This document shows positions 1-14,500 of a DNA stretch of 64,000 nt, one piece after another (position 1 is the stretch's first letter; each line of letters begins with the position of its first letter). The notes under the pieces were generated by a model that was given only the letters and a program-made list of their open reading frames with translations, ran no database searches and was not told where the DNA came from. The DNA comes from Tricharina praecox (taxonomy: Eukaryota). The position numbers and the translations under genes are program-made. Location of the stretch: NCBI RefSeq assembly GCF_024521635.1, contig NW_026250406.1, positions 806,001-870,000 on the forward strand. Direction: 5' to 3'.

Positions 1-189
1 GTTTCTGGGCATCGTAAGTAAGCAAGCAGCCTGTGCGTGAATACTTGTAGTCTTCCTGTTTCCTGTTTCTGTTTCCTTTCTGCGCGTTTTTTGTTATTTT
101 TCGGGGTGGCTCTACGGTGGATGAATGAAGTGTATTTGTGCATCGCCAGCTTCTGAGAGCTAGTTTGTATTGCATGTCGAAATATAGTG

Positions 190-1482
190 TTACTCCACAG
201 CACCACCCAGGGCGCCTGCCCCCTTTTTCCTCCTAGCCTCAGACTTTTCTTTCCGTATCCTCCTCCTCGCGGCGGTCTCACTCTCTTCGACCTTGCCCTC
301 GCCCTGTATCCACTCTTCAAGTGCCCCCTCCTTAACATCGTCGAGTATAAACCTCCCAAGCAGCCCCTTCCTATACCGCCCCAGCATCCATATCGCAGCC
401 GCCTCCACATCCGCCTCCCCACCCTTCAGCAGCTTCCCCGTCTTCTTCGCCACCGCCCGCAGCCACACCAGCACGTCGTTCGTCGGCGCACACCACTGCT
501 TGTACAATTTCGGATCCGCACGGTTGATCTGGAACAGGAGGTAATCCGCGAGGGTGATCAGGGGGACGAGGGAGTCCTTCACACTGCCCACCAGGGCCAG
601 CTTCAGCATCGTCTGTGGATTCGGCATGTACGGGACAAAAACCCCGGGGGTGTCGATGACGTAAATCAGCCCATCCTCCTCGCCAGAGATCTTGACGGTA
701 TTCGACAGCTTTCTAGTGATCCCCGGCTGGCCGCCTGTCTTTGCCGCCTTGGTGGCGTTCCCCGTCCCCGCCCGCCGCAGCGCGTTCAGCAACGTCGACT
801 TGCCAACGTTCGGCATGCCGACGATTAGGATCCGCAGCCCGGTAAGACTGTCGTTCTCTCGCGCTACCCCCTGGCAGTACGATACGATCGTTTGTATGTC
901 ACCCCGTGACGTCGTGTCCGAGAAGAAGACTGTGTGCGGGTGGTGCCAGCGCGTCATGATATCGCGCGTCTAGCTTTCATCAGCCCCCTTCCCACCCAAC
1001 CCTCCCCCCTCCTAGAAACACACCTTATCATCCAGCACCAGCATCCCGAGATCGCGCTTTGTATAGACGACTACGCGCTCCTTCCCGAGCAGTGTGGACT
1101 CAAACAGCGGGTTCCTTGAGGCCAGCGGCACCCGGTAGTCGCGGCACTCGATCACGAGCGATACGCTGCCCACCGACTCCTTCATCCGGTCTAGGCCCGC
1201 CTTGTGGTGGCCAAGGAAGAACGACGGCGTGATGGAGCCCGCCGTGGTGAAGGATGTGCGCGCGACGAAGCCGCCGTTGTTGGGCTTGGGCGCGGGGGAG
1301 GCATGGGCGGGAGGGGGGGGAGGAGTGGGTGCCGCGAGATGTGGAGGTACCGCCGAGGTAGCGATGTCGCTGATTCCTCGGGCGAGAGTGCAGAGCCGTA
1401 CGAGTGATGGCGCGTGCCGCGGCGAGATGATGGAGGACGCGGCAAGCGTGGTGCGATAGAGGGCACGAGCGGGAGCAGCCAT
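190..1482 (-). CDS. MTG1: Mitochondrial ribosome-assembly GTPase (RbgA/YlqF family), 2 exons, intron 1023-970
   Basis: FLGHHKAGL, ECRDYRVPLASRNP, YTKRDL (G4), GMPNVGKSTLLN (G1), GITR (G2) and DTPG (G3) occur in circularly permuted order. The N-terminus is Arg/Ala/Ser-rich and presequence-like. The GTGTGT..GCTGAT..CTAG intron joins the two ORFs in frame. Confidence 0.93.
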
Positions 1483-4080
1483 GTGGCGGGGGGGGAGTGG
1501 GGGTTCGGGGTGCGTGGACTAGTTAGAGTAGAGTAGACTGCAGGGAAGGCCGGAGGAAGGACTGGTTGTTTTTTTCTGCTCATGCAGGAACAGGAACGGC
1601 TCAGCTCCGATAGTCAACGGTTGTTGGCTCCAGGCAGACTCGGGAGTTATGTACATGGCACATGCAACAGAAGAAAGATGGATGGAGGCCTGCTTTTTTT
1701 CTTCTTCATGGCGAAGTCATGTGATATCGTGTCGTGTCGTGAGATGCCGGTTTAAGCTCGGATGCATAGTGCATGGAGGGGAGGTTAAGATAGAGTTGGA
1801 TTTACTAACTAGAGTACATACTGAACTGGTGGAGGGATATATTGACGGGCATGATATAACTCCAGTAAAGATGTTTACGATGACTCCCTAGTATCTACGG
1901 AGAATTAGTAATATCTCGGGAGGAACTGCTACTCACTGCCTAAGTAGCAAGCAGTGAGATTGCCGGCTCGGTATCTTCGAATTCTTCTGCGACATATCAA
2001 CCTGAAAACCGTGTCCTTCTGCGGTGATTTGAAGCTCGTCACTAGCGCGCACCTGGGTGTATTGAAATCCCTGGAATTCAGTTATCGAAACAGCGAGAAT
2101 GGCGATCCCAAACAGAACCGAGTAAATATTTAGAGTAGGTAAGTAGATCTACCGGAAGCGGGCCGAATGGTGATCGAGCGGCATTGCTGCACGCCTGGGG
2201 TCAGTTGATCAATGTGCTTCCCTCTGTATTCTGTACAGCCAACCTGTAGCAAAGCGGCAAGCAAGAAAGCTCAGAAAACAGCCCACAGCGACATATTCCG
2301 CATACAACCGCTCCACCTGGATGTACATATGTAAGCCTAGCAGACGCTTGTCAGATGGAAAAGAACAAGGGGCCCGGACGTACCCCTACAGAGTTGGGAG
2401 GGTGATCTGTGGATTTTGCGAGAGATAAGCAGGAGATGAAAGGATGAGTTTTTCCGTTATCGTCGGGAGGACGAACCTTTATGGGTGCATATTCGACAAC
2501 CCCCGTATATAGAAGATACCGGTAGTTAGCTTCCGTCAACAATAGCCGACCAGACGACTCAACATCACGAACTCTCCCGTTCCTTCGTGGGCATCTGATG
2601 CATGTAGTGGAAAGATGATTGTCTTCTCCATGACCCTCCCGCAGGATCAGATGCAAATAGAATTGAAGAATCCCAAACTATTATGTATGAGCAATTGATA
2701 CGTAGACACAAGCTGCTTTCGTCCACCAACTGAAGCCGGAGCCCATAGTAGGCACAAAGCTATGAGTATATTTGCCCTCTCGTAAAAGTATGTATCCTCC
2801 AACCCACAGGTTAAACATTTCAACGGAGTTGAGCGCCTTCGGAGGACGGTCAGATGCCAGTACCGCGCACCTGCTGACACTGCTGCTAGCCATGTCCAAG
2901 GCTCCATTGGCAGGCCACAAAGTTGTCCATTAGAACGGTCGAGAACGGCCCCTTCCCTGTCGACTCTAGATCGGCCCGAGATCCAACACCAGACCGAATC
3001 CTTGCGGCGTTGCGTAGGTATTGGATTCCCAGATCCACGCACCATCTGCTCCACCGAGTTGGACATTCGAATTGCTGGACCGAAAAAGCCTTTCCCTAAT
3101 TCTGCCGTTGATGTTCCATCCGAGTAATGAGGTCCTCGAAGCTGGGGTCTGGTCCGTTCTTTGCGAATGTCGCCTCTCGCAATGTCGCATCTATCGACAA
3201 CTGATGCCTCCTGCTTGCCGAAGTCGTCTGGACGGTTCAAGATATTAGCTATTAGATGCAGAATGAGCCGTCTTCTTGAAGATGAGGAGAAACATGCAGT
3301 CGACGCCGAGACCGCTGTGGTGTGGTATGGTCGGGACGGAGGCAAGACGGATGATGGGTTGCCATTGCCATTGTTGTTGCCATTGTTGTTGTGGAAGTGA
3401 CAGAGCTCGCCGGAAGGTCCAACCAAGCTCCAACCCAGACCTCACGCACTCCACCGATCCCTAACCCTAGATAGAGTACCACATAGATACAGGTAAGTAC
3501 CAAGTATTTGGCTATCAGGCCTCGACGGCTGCCTTTGCCACGGTAGTCTCCCCGAAAATGAATCTGGGTCGGTGGCAAGCGCCAATTTTCTGCCCAGTTC
3601 CGAACTGACACTGTCTCCGCTGCAAAACACGCAAGCACTTTGACGACATCTACATAGAGTACTCCCGCCCAGCACTGCCAGGCCAGAGCAAGGCAGGTGC
3701 CGGTTCGCTACACCCGATCCGCAGCCCGCGCCGTCCTCCCTGCTCGCAAGGCAGACTCACACCAAAAAAAAAACGTGGGTCCGGCTAGCGAGGGACCCCT
3801 GTAGAGTCCCACCCATAGAGCTGCATGGCGCAGGCGTCACTGACGATGTCCTTCCTTTCCTCATCCGCACCCTCAGTATCTCTGCTACTAGTAGTGACGG
3901 CGAGTGGCTGCCCGCCGCCCGGTGCAATACCAGAAATATCCCGCACGCCGGTGCTGGCTTTTCTTCTTTCTATAAGATCTTATCCCGGCGGGGTGACCAC
4001 CATTCGAAGTATCCTTCTTCTCAAGATTACCCTCGATTGGACCGGACCTGCGCCTTGTTGTGGCAGTCGCTCGTGTGTCA

Positions 4081-6139
4081 ATGTCGCGTTCCGGCACCAA
4101 TAGCTCCAATTCCACTCTCGTACCGACTGGAGACATGGACCCCGCCAATAGAGACATCGGGAACAGCCTGAAACCACCTGTCGCCGACTCACCGCCGGAT
4201 GTTCCATCACCCCCACCGAAAGAGATCCCTTCAGCCGTACCATCACCACGTCGAAAACGGCTCTTCTCCCCGGGTGGTCCCTTGCGTCCCGGAAGGCTCC
4301 TGCTCGAGGACATCCGCAACGGTGTCAAGCGGTATCCGACCGATTGGTTCTTCAACCAGCTGATCCTGGCGTCGGCGGTGTACCTGTTCTTCACCAATTT
4401 GCTGCCCGGGATCACCTTTGCGAGTGATCTACATGTCCTCACGAAACAGCATTACGGCGCCATCGAGGTGGTGTTTTCAACGGGGTTGTGCGGTTGCATC
4501 TTTGCCTTGTGGGTGCCCGAACATTCTTAGTCATGGGGCGTGATTCGACCCGAGCGGCGCTGATGAGACAATGCGCAGGTTCTCGTCTCAGCCGTTGACG
4601 ATTCTAGGTGTTACTGGGCCGTTTTGCATCCTCAGTGAACGCATCTTTGCGCTTTGCGATGAGAACTTTCACGTATGCCTGTCCCCATTTCACCGTCTGT
4701 TGGCCGAGGGGGAGAGGGCTGACTGGTCGCAGATTCCCTACCTCTCCTTCATGGCGTGGGCTTGTATCCACTCTGGCTGGATGCACCTCCTCCTCGCGGC
4801 GTTCAATGCTCACGACTGGACGATGGGCTATGTCACAACCTTCTCGACCGAGATCTTCTCCTTGCTGAACAGCATCATCTACTTCCACAAAGCGGTGCAG
4901 GAGCTGGAGCGGGCGCACGCCAACACGTCACTCGCCTCCTTCCTATACTCGGTAATCGGCTGCATCGGCACCTTTCTCGTGGCCGTCTTCCTCTCCACCG
5001 CCAATTCGTGGAAACCACTGTTTCACAAATACGTACGCATGGGACTGACCGAGTACGCGGCCGCGATATCGATCATCTTCTTCATCGGCATGCCGCAGAT
5101 CGGCGAGCTCAACGACCTGGATCAACAGCGGCTGCCAGTATCCAAGACGTTCAAGCCCACGCACCCGGACCGAACAGTGTTCTTCATCGATTTCTGGAAG
5201 CTCCCCGTCGGCTGGATCTTTGCGGCGATCATTCCCGGCGCCATCATCACAACGCTGTTCTTCTTCGACGTCGAGGTCTCGACCATCTGCGCCACGCTGC
5301 CAAAATACAACCTCAAGAAGCCGACCGGGTACGCGTGGGACGTGGCACTGCTAGGCTGCACCACAGCGCTCTGCGGCATCCTCGGCATCCCGCCGGCGAA
5401 CGGGCTCCTCCCGCAAGCGCCCTTGCACTCAGAGTCGCTCATGCACGTCGTCAAGGAGAAAGACCCCCTCGGCAACACGGTGATCGTGCAAGTAGCGAAG
5501 GGCACGCCCAACGACCCGCCGATCCCGGGGCAGCCCACAGAGCCAAAACAAGCCGTCCACGAGCAGCGCTGGTCACATCTCCTCCACGCTATAGGCATCT
5601 TCATCTTCGTCTCCCCGCCGCTGATGCACGTGCTGGGCCTCACCCCCACCAGCGTCCTTGCGGGACTATTCCTGTTCATGGGCGAGCAGAGCCTGTGCAC
5701 AAACCCCATCCTGTACCGGTTTTTCCACATCCTGACGTTCGCCCCCCCCCCCCCCCCCCCCCTCCCACCCAGCCTAGCTAATACCCCCCCTAGCCCAACA
5801 ACCGAGCTCCCACCTCTCAAACACCCCCGCGCCACCTACGCAGGCGAGCACTGGTACACTCTGCTCCAAATAATCCTCACCGCCGGCATCTTCGCGATCA
5901 CGTTTACGCCTGCCGCCCCAGCGTTCCCGATCATTATCGTCCTGCTTGTGCCCGTAAGGCTCAGGCTCATGCGCAGGTACTGGGAGGTTGATACGCTTAA
6001 GGGAGTGGACGCGTGGGCGTGTAGAAAGGGGTTGGGGAATGATTTTAGGAGTATGAAAGAACGGAGGGAGGGGAGGATGGAGCTGGAAGTTAGGGATGAG
6101 GAGGAGGGAGGTGCAACGGGTGGTGGCGTTTTTATTTGA
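4081..6139 (+). CDS. BOR1: SLC4/HCO3- transporter family borate exporter (BOR1-like); introns 4509-4578, 4673-4732, 5737-5793
   Basis: Motifs YLFFTNLLPGITFA, FSSQPLTILGVTGP, TTFSTEIFSLL, LFFFD, GIPPANGLLPQAPLH and EQRWSHL, with many hydrophobic helices. Introns have canonical ends and branch sites. Confidence 0.9.
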
Positions 6140-6714
6140 TTTGATGGATCATGGAGCGGGGAGATTTCGTAGCATAGACGAGTTTGTGCGGATGGAGTAA
6201 TGATATTGATACCCAATGGGAATATACTGTCCCTCCCCAGAGACATACACACACACAGCGACACATCATCTCACTCGCCTGCGCGCTACATCATATCTCA
6301 ACCCAAATTCGAATGTCTTGCCCTGGAAGTTGGAACAGTGCGATGTGCCATGTAATGCTCCATAATCCAGATATATAGAATTTGGAAGCTGTGGTTAAAG
6401 GGGAAAAAAAACAATCTTCCCGGATCAAACAAACGTGCACCAGCGGTCCCTCTATTCACACTCAATTCTATGCTAGTTCATGGTAAGTTCATGGTAAGTT
6501 TTGGGGTCAATTGGTAGTACTAGAGGTGGTGGTAGAAGTAGTGCTAGAAGCAGTATCAATAAAAGCAGCAGCGGCAGTAGCAGCAGCATCAATATCAATA
6601 GCAGCAGCAGCATCAGCATCAATTGCATCAATTGCATCATCACCAAGCACACCACCACCACCACTAACATCAATCACAATATCATCAATCACAGCAGTCT
6701 CAATAGCAGTGATG

Positions 6715-6789
<75 letters not shown>
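6715..6789. repeat. (GTA)~25 microsatellite within a larger low-complexity tract (~6500-7880)
   Basis: Perfect GTA run visible directly, between the convergent BOR1 and PSY2 3' ends. Confidence 0.97.
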
Positions 6790-7720
6790 ATCGATAAACC
6801 CCCCGAAGAAAGAAGAAGAACCCCCGAGCCTGAGCCTGAGCCACACACTCCTATTGTCGCTCGCATCGTCGCTCTTGTCCAGCCCACCCATCAACCAATC
6901 CCACACCGAACAACCAATCAAGCAACCAACCAACCTACATTTCACGATCTCTCCTCCCCCCACTGCCGCTTTATCTTACACATTCTCCTTTGCCTTCCAT
7001 CCCTCCCATCCTTCCTTTCTTCCTAGTCCGCCACGACGAAGACAACGACGACCACCACGACAACTACGACAACCACTACTGCTACTACTACCATATCCGA
7101 TGGATCAGCTCAGTCAACCAACCATCCAACCAGCCAATCGAACCAACCAGCTAACTGACCTTCACAGAATCAACCATCAGAACCGCAGAGGAAGAAAGAG
7201 CACAAAGCACAAACAATCAAGTACGCCCGGCAACATAGCACAACACAGCAACACACAGCCAACACAGCAGACATAGCAGCAGACACAGCCAGAGCACGAC
7301 ATAGCAACACAGCACGACATAACAACAGACACAGCAACCGACAGCACACAGCAGAGGAACAAGAGATGCCAACAAGTGTCAACAATCAGAAGAAGAATCG
7401 GAAGAAGAAGAACCAGAATCAGAAAAAAACGACAAAGGATATGAAGAACCAGAAGAATCAGAAGAATCAGAAGAAGGATCGGAAGAAGAAGAAACGGACA
7501 CATGTAAACGTAACGTCAAGGAAGCAGGTGAGTAGGTAGGTAGAGAGCAGCACTACGATATGATCGTATAGGTAGGTCGGTAGGTAGGTAATCTGCAAGC
7601 AAGACACACACCCGAGAGCAAGCAAGCAACAGCAGGCTGACAACCGCGACAGCCAGACAACTGCGACAGCAGCACGACCAACAAAAAAAAACAAGAAAAA
7701 CCCGAACTCCCCAAGGGCTG

Positions 7721-7785
7721 GCTCCGACGGCTCCGACTGCTCCGACGGCCCCGACTGCTCCGACGGCTCCGACTGCTCCGACGAC
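7721..7785. repeat. 9-bp minisatellite CTCCGAC(G/T)G, about 7 copies
   Basis: ctccgacgg/ctccgactg units in tandem downstream of the PSY2 stop. Confidence 0.85.
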
Positions 7786-7948
7786 TCGCGAGTCAAGGCC
7801 TGTAAGGCAAGGCAAAGGAAAACGAACAAAGACCGACCACCGACCACTGACCACCGGCCACGACCGACCTCGACTCAACAGGAAGAAGAAAAGAAGAAAA
7901 AAAGATCACCACCCGCACCGTTGACATTTACAGAGAAAATCTCGGGTT

Positions 7949-10900
7949 CTACTCTTTCTTTTCTCCGGCTTCGGCATCCACTGCGGTTGCGGTTCCCTCC
8001 GGCTTAGGCTCTGGCAGCTCGGCTGCTGCGGCAGTTGGCGTTGCCGTTTCCACCGCCACCGCCACCACCGCAGTCGGCGGGCCCGTTGGGGTGGTCGGTG
8101 AAGGAGTGGCAGACGTCGTGGGAGAACCTGACTTCGGTGCCAGGGAGATGGCAATTTTTTTGTTTGGGCTCTGTCCTGTCACGTTTGATCCCATCAACCC
8201 GAAGCTACGTTTCCGTCCCATCGGCTGACTGCCACCACCCCCGCTGCCGACGGTTCCACCCCCAGTCGGACTTCTACGTTTACTTCTGGACAACTTGATG
8301 AGCTCGTCTTCGTCATCCTCGTCTTTCTCCCGCCTCCTCTTAGGAGGGGGTCCGACAACGACGTCTTCTTGTTCATGCTTCTGCGACGACGTCGGGGACG
8401 CCACTGGCGAGGGGGGCTTGTTCTCGTTAGTCACACCACTCGACTCGGTCTGGGATTCCGCTATTGCGGTCTTGGCCTTGGCGGCAACGACCTCCAGCTC
8501 GTCGTTCTCATCGTCATCGCCGTAATCGACTAACGGCTTGGGAGTTGGCGACCCGTTGAGAATTTTCACTGGGGTAACCTTGACTTCGACGGGCAATGTT
8601 GGCGCAGCTTCCTCCTCATCCTTGTCCTCGTCGTCCGAGGTGTTGAAGTACGCTTCCTCGGCGGCGTCCATGTCGTTGGGGCCCTGCCACCGCGGGTTTC
8701 CATTGATTTGTCTTCTGCAGGAAGAGTCAGTAAGTCACGCAAAGCAAAGAATATCACACCAGGAGATACGCACCGCTGCTGGGAGTAGTTGGAGTCCTGG
8801 TACCGGCTTGCAGGCGCAGGGTCGTGAAGCTGATCGTACTTGTTGATAAGCTCCGTGAACGTCTTCACGTAACCGATACGCTGCATGGCTTCCCGGTAGC
8901 TATCGACGAGGTGCGTAATAATGTGTTTAATGTTTTCCCGTCGGACAAACTCAAAAAACTCCAAGCACGCCGAATTCAGCAGATTGTTCCGCGGCATGGT
9001 CTCGATGACCAGATTCAATATAGGCTCGAACAGCTTATATTTCACCATGTGCCGTATGTAGAACTCATCTTGCAAGCCGATACACGTCCGGAAGAACTTC
9101 AATGCCGTAAGTTTAAGGTGTTTTTCCGGGGAACCGAGAAGTTGGGCCACTCGTGCGGGCAGGTTTTCCGAGAGCAGAAAGTATTTGCTCCGGTACGAGT
9201 GCTGTCGCACGAAGAAACAGAGCGTCTCAACGAGGTGAGAGTATAGCGAAACTTCCGCAATTCCCAAACCTGCCACTAAACCAACAAGTCAGTACTTTTT
9301 TCGCCACAACAATCCGATCGGGTAACATGTGTACATACATGACTCCCGACCCTCCAGCTCCCGCAGAGGCGCGAACAGTTTCTTCGCCGACTCTTCATAA
9401 AATGTCTTTAGAAACCCTTCCGTCTCGCTATCCATAGTATTGCTGCGCGCATGTATCCTGGCTGCCATGTCTCCTCCCTTGCCCATGTTGTCCAGCGGTG
9501 TTCCCTGCGAGTGATCCAGCAGTACCCTGATCGCATCCGCAATCTGCGCCTTGACTCCGAGGTCTTGTTCTCCAAGAAGCAGCTCGATCAACGTATGTGT
9601 CAGCGGCTTCTGCTTTTCGTTGATCTGCCGGTAGATGAAAGCCCGCATCATCGCAGGGTCATGGTCGATCATGGCAACCAGGACATCAGTTCCAGCTATC
9701 CTGACAGCGGGATCCTTCTCCATCAGAGCATAGTCGATCACACCAAACAAGCCGCCTTGAATGAAATGGGTATACAGCTGAGCTCGTGCCTGCGCCTGTA
9801 TGCTTTTCGCTATGGAGCAACAGTTCTGGATGAACAGTATCGCCAACTTCTTCCTGGACGCGGGAGCTTCCGGGTCGTGGAAGATCGAAAACAGCTCCTT
9901 CATGAACGTCTGGTTGCTCTGCAGGTGCTGGAGGATATCGAACTGATTGAAGAATATGAGGCTATTCAGAACCGAGAATGTGGGATCGTCCAGTATCCGG
10001 GCGAGCACGACGTCCTTGAGGTATTGTAACCGATATGTCTGGTGAATCTTCTTTTCCACCTCCGGATCGCGGATGGGCACGACTTCCTTGAACTTCGACC
10101 TGTCCCCCAGGAATTGACGATGGTTGGCTTTGTGGCTCGGAAAGTCAGGGTCATCTGCAGGGTGCATTAGCGCGGGTTCGTGCATGATGGAAAAAGCAAA
10201 TAAAAAAGCGAATTCGGCAGAGCTGGACCGCCAGATCACCCATCGTCATGCATACATTCTAGAATGCCCACCACTCCAAGGATCATCTCGTCAGTCACGA
10301 TCTTTTCCACTAGTACCGTGTCGTTCAGTAGGATGATCATCTTCATGATGTTGCACAGGCGATGAAGGTGGTTTATGCTCTCCAGATCCTCGGCATCGTC
10401 CAAGAGCGGGATCAGTTTCGCGATGTATTCTTCGTTGAGAATGTATTTCCCCAGGGCGTCCCGTCCGCTGGTCGTCAACGATGCTTGCCGTATCGTCAGT
10501 TCGACTTCGTCGAGGTTGCCGAGCGTCGGCCCGGGCAATTGGACGAGTGACGTAATCGCGGTCTCGGTCGCATCGTCGGACAGTATCTCATCTGGAGGCA
10601 TCTGGTCAGTACAGCTCAAGCGGTCGTTGGGCGCGGGTATCTCCAAAGTGAGCTGCATACCGGCACCAGACACGGACAAGAGATGGCTCTGGACATGACT
10701 GACGAATTCCCTACACACAGTCCTTATCAGTCTCTCCTTTCGCCATAGCCAGCCAGCCAGCCCCCAGCCCAGCGCGACTCCCCCAAGCACCTCCACAATC
10801 CAAGGAGATCAAAACAAACCATATCGCGGCGCAACCTTCCGGCTCCTGAAAACTGAGCGCCATATCGGTGCCCTGGGGTTCTGTCCAGACGATGAGAGTT

Positions 10901-11506
10901 TCTGCATTCCCACTATTAGCCATCGCTCTTACAGTAGCCCGCGGCACCACTTCTGTAAAAAATAATTTGGTGGAGCATCAATAATTGCCTTCCACTTTTT
11001 TGAATATCCAGTTGAGATCTTCCTCCCGAAACTCACCCTGCTGCTTTTGATATCCGTCGTCCTTGATGATCTTGGTGTTCAGCAGGACCCGATCCGACTC
11101 CTCCTCCGATTTGACCTGAATGTGCGGTTCATCCTGTGATATCCCCACGCGAAGTGCGCGCGCGTCAGCCAACCGTAACAAACAACCCACATCATCAACC
11201 CCCCCGTCCCATCCATCCCCGAGCCACGCGCACGCTGGCAGGCCGGTAGGCCGGCAGGAGAGCACAACCCGTCCCCCCATCCTCCTATTGCACCTCTCTC
11301 TGACCCGCGGTCTCCCGGCGTCCTCCACCCCCTCCCTCCCCTTATCGCCGCAGCAAAGAAAGTACAAGTGGTTAGAAGATCCTTACGTTCAGCAAATGCC
11401 CCGTACAGTACCCCGTTCCCCGATCAAACCAATCATTATTCCGGAGTTCGTAGACCTTGACTCGTCGCGGCGTGGTCGGCGGATTCGGTACCGACAGCGG
11501 CATCAT
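7949..11506 (-). CDS. PSY2: Protein phosphatase 4 regulatory subunit 3 (Psy2/SMEK/SMK-1), multi-exon
   Basis: N-terminal EVH1-like RRVKVYELRNNDWFDRGTG, QKQQETLIVWTE and DMALSFQEPEGCAAIW; also YDPDFP..KANHR, IHQTYRLQYLKDVVLARILDD and NLLNSACLEFFEF; acidic/basic tail with LVDYGDD. Confidence 0.95.
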
Positions 11507-14500
11507 CTTGTATGTGTGTATGTTTGTGTGCGTTCGTGCGTGGGGGGTAGCGGTCGGTGGGTCGGTGGGTCGGTGGGTCGTCCGTCGTCGTCCGTGGTCC
11601 AGTCCGTCGCACGCGGCCGGCTCTCCAATAACTCCTCTCTCTCCTGTCCTTTTCCTTTTCCTTTTTCCCTTTTTCCCTGTTTCGTGTTCGCGAGCCGATC
11701 TACCCTTCACGCTTCTCTATTGCCTTGGTGGGTGGGACTCCGCAGGTTGCTGTTGGGTATGGTACGCAGCGAAGCGGATACCGAGTCGCGTGCGTGCGCG
11801 TTAGCGAGAGTGGGTGAGTGCGATGGATGGGAGCTCGGGTTCTCGGGGGATACGAGGAGGAGTAGTAGGAGTAGTAGGAGAGGAGGAGTAGTAGGAGTAG
11901 TAGGAGAGGAGGAGCGGGAGGGGGGTGGGAGGGGGAGGGAGGGATGGGTGATGCGCGTCGGAGAGTCGATCGTCTGTGGGTGGCGCGGGTTGAAGGTGGT
12001 GCAGGTTGGTGGTGGTGGTTGATGGGGGGGGGGGGGGGGTGGTGTGGGTAGTGGGTGGAGGTTGGTTTGGTTTTGGTTCAGTTCGAGTCTGTCTTGTGTT
12101 GTCGTGTTCTCGGTTGAGGAAGGGACTAGATGGAGTAGGTAGCTGGATGGATGGAATAGGTAGAGCGGGAGTGAAGTGGGCAGCGGTGGCTAAACTAGGA
12201 ACACACCGCACACACACACAGCCCGGTCAAGCAGGCAAGCAGGCAGGCAGCAAGGAAGCAGAGACGGGAAGAAAGCGAAGTGGATGGACACAGACTTCGA
12301 GTTAGTGAGTTTGGCAGCGGCGGCGGCGATGGGATGCGGCTCTGTGGATCTTGTCTCTCCTCCTTCTTCTTTCCTTCTATGGCTTTTCGATAGAGAGAGG
12401 TCGGTCAACCGACCAAGTTTCCAACAAACACACTCGGATCACACTCGGATCACGCTCACACTCACACACGCACGGGCGTAAGCAAGCAGGATCGCACGCA
12501 CGCAACGCACGCACACAACACGGGAAGGAGTCGGATTGGGGGGCGAGGGAAGGGAAGGAGCGCCGGGCGAGCGACTGAGTGCGGAGTTAAAATTGGGGGG
12601 AGATTGCGTGCGACTGGGATGAGTATGATATGTAGAGCATGAGGAGGGTGGGTGGGGAGGGGTCGAGATTCTCGGTTCGACGAGGCGTGAGTGAGTGAGT
12701 GCACGAGCTGATGATGGTGCTGGGCTGGGGGGAGGAGGGGTGGGTGCAAGAGGGGGAGGGGGTGGGAGGGGTCAATGGTGGTTAATTGGTTGGTTGGCTG
12801 GCTCGCCGGTTGGTTGGTTGGTTGACGGGCTTAGCTGGCGTTGGTGTTGGTGGTGGTGCTGGTGATGGGATTTCTGGTGATGATGCTCATGGCCAATGTA
12901 ATGGATGACGAACGGGCGTCCCATCTTCATTGCTGCTGCAGAGTTACGTTGCATGAGTGCATACATCCTACATGTCGCCTCTAGATACCACATCATCGTC
13001 TTCTTCTTCTTCCCCAAGCAGCTCTTACCCCACACACACCGCAGGCCAAATAAAGCGATAGGATGGAGAGGAGCGAGAGTAATTGACGCTGATGGGACGA
13101 GCGAGAATGAATCGGCACGAGCAATTGACGCTGCTGCGGCAGGAGGAGCTTGCTTCCAGAGGCAGGGTGTTCTTCGTGTCCACCCGTCCACCTGTCCTCC
13201 GCATGCATGTAGAGCAACTATCGGCCGTTCGGACCCACTTCTGGCCATTCACCACATCACTTCTCCGCATTTCAGCCCCCAGGTGGTGGCATGCTGAGTG
13301 CGGCTTCAGGCTATTTCTGGACTGAGATACACGGAACGGAACTCACGATCTCGGGCATAGCCGAGCATCCACTTGGCACTAGTTAGTTGCCATGCTCTAG
13401 TGCATTGGGTATAAAACCCAAAGCACCTCCGACTTCCGACGAGACACCTCCACATTTTGCTTCGTATCGTCGCTCAAACCGTAAGGGATCAATCGGCCAG
13501 CAACCTCTAGGACAGCTTCACCGGATCCTCCAATACCACAAACCCACCATCGTTCCCAAAAGCTGTCCACACAGCTATAATAGCATCGTCGACCTGCACC
13601 TCACAGATGTTCGCCTGATTCCAGCCGAATGGCAGCATACTATCACGTCGTCCAGCCGCGGTTCAGGATCGTGAATCCGCTCGACGGTCAACCGACTCTT
13701 TCTCTCATACTTCGACATGACTTGGAGACTACGGATCATAGATAGGTAGCGAAGTGCAACCTACAACCTTGTGCGAATGCCCACACAATGGTGAGCTCGC
13801 TGGCACCTACATACAAGGGGAAGCTCCGATTGTCATCGAAACCGCTTTGGCGGGGTGGGGTTGTGTCATCGACTATTTCCTTCAGCTGCCAGGAATGGGC
13901 GGCATTTCTGATCCTGATCCTGATCCTGATCCGCACCCTTGACCTTGCAGCCTACTGTGGAGAGCGATTCCTCTTTCTCTACAGAGTGACGTCTTTGTAT
14001 TGGGGAAGGCACGGTAATTGAGTGGCCACTGGCTACCGTGCTCCGAGTCCGTTTGTCGTTTGTTCCCGTATGTAGCGACGAATATCACATGAAGACAATC
14101 TACCTACGCAACTATTCCAAGCGCCCCAGCCCGCTCGTCCCCCCATCCCCCCACGAATGAAAGTTACCTACAGAATGAGCCGATACCGTACAATACATTC
14201 CACCGTCCATCCCATTGTGGCGATGCATCTTCGCCCATCCTTCCAAGCCTCAAGGAGAAGAGCTTGCTTACAAGTTGCTTCCGCTTTTTGCCAGTCGCCC
14301 AAGCCAGGCTAAATTAAACCCACGTCATGCACGCATTTCGCACGCAGGCGTAGATACCGTACTCTACGGTAGTTGTGACACACCGGCACGCCCGCAAGCA
14401 GTGCACGGGGAGATAAGATAAGACTCAAGAGCAGCTCGAAAAGCCGGCCAAGTTCCAAGCCAGTACGAATCACGGAAACAAAGAAACCGGAATAGAAACA

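Noticed and set aside
2647..3426. 259-aa minus-strand ORF between MTG1 and BOR1
   Set aside because: Non-ATG start, no recognisable motif in any frame I translated, and no convincing exon structure.
3460..3471. CCCTAACCCTAG telomere-like word
   Set aside because: Under two units, so expected by chance.
3825..4103. Upstream ORF overlapping the BOR1 start, suggesting plant-like boron-responsive uORF control
   Set aside because: No AUG-stop minimal uORF found. The ATGs lie upstream of a TATA-like site at 3971 and are probably outside the mRNA.
6473..7878. Poly-S/T/V/Y and Cys/Leu-rich ORFs
   Set aside because: These are translations of microsatellites and low-complexity 3' flanking DNA.
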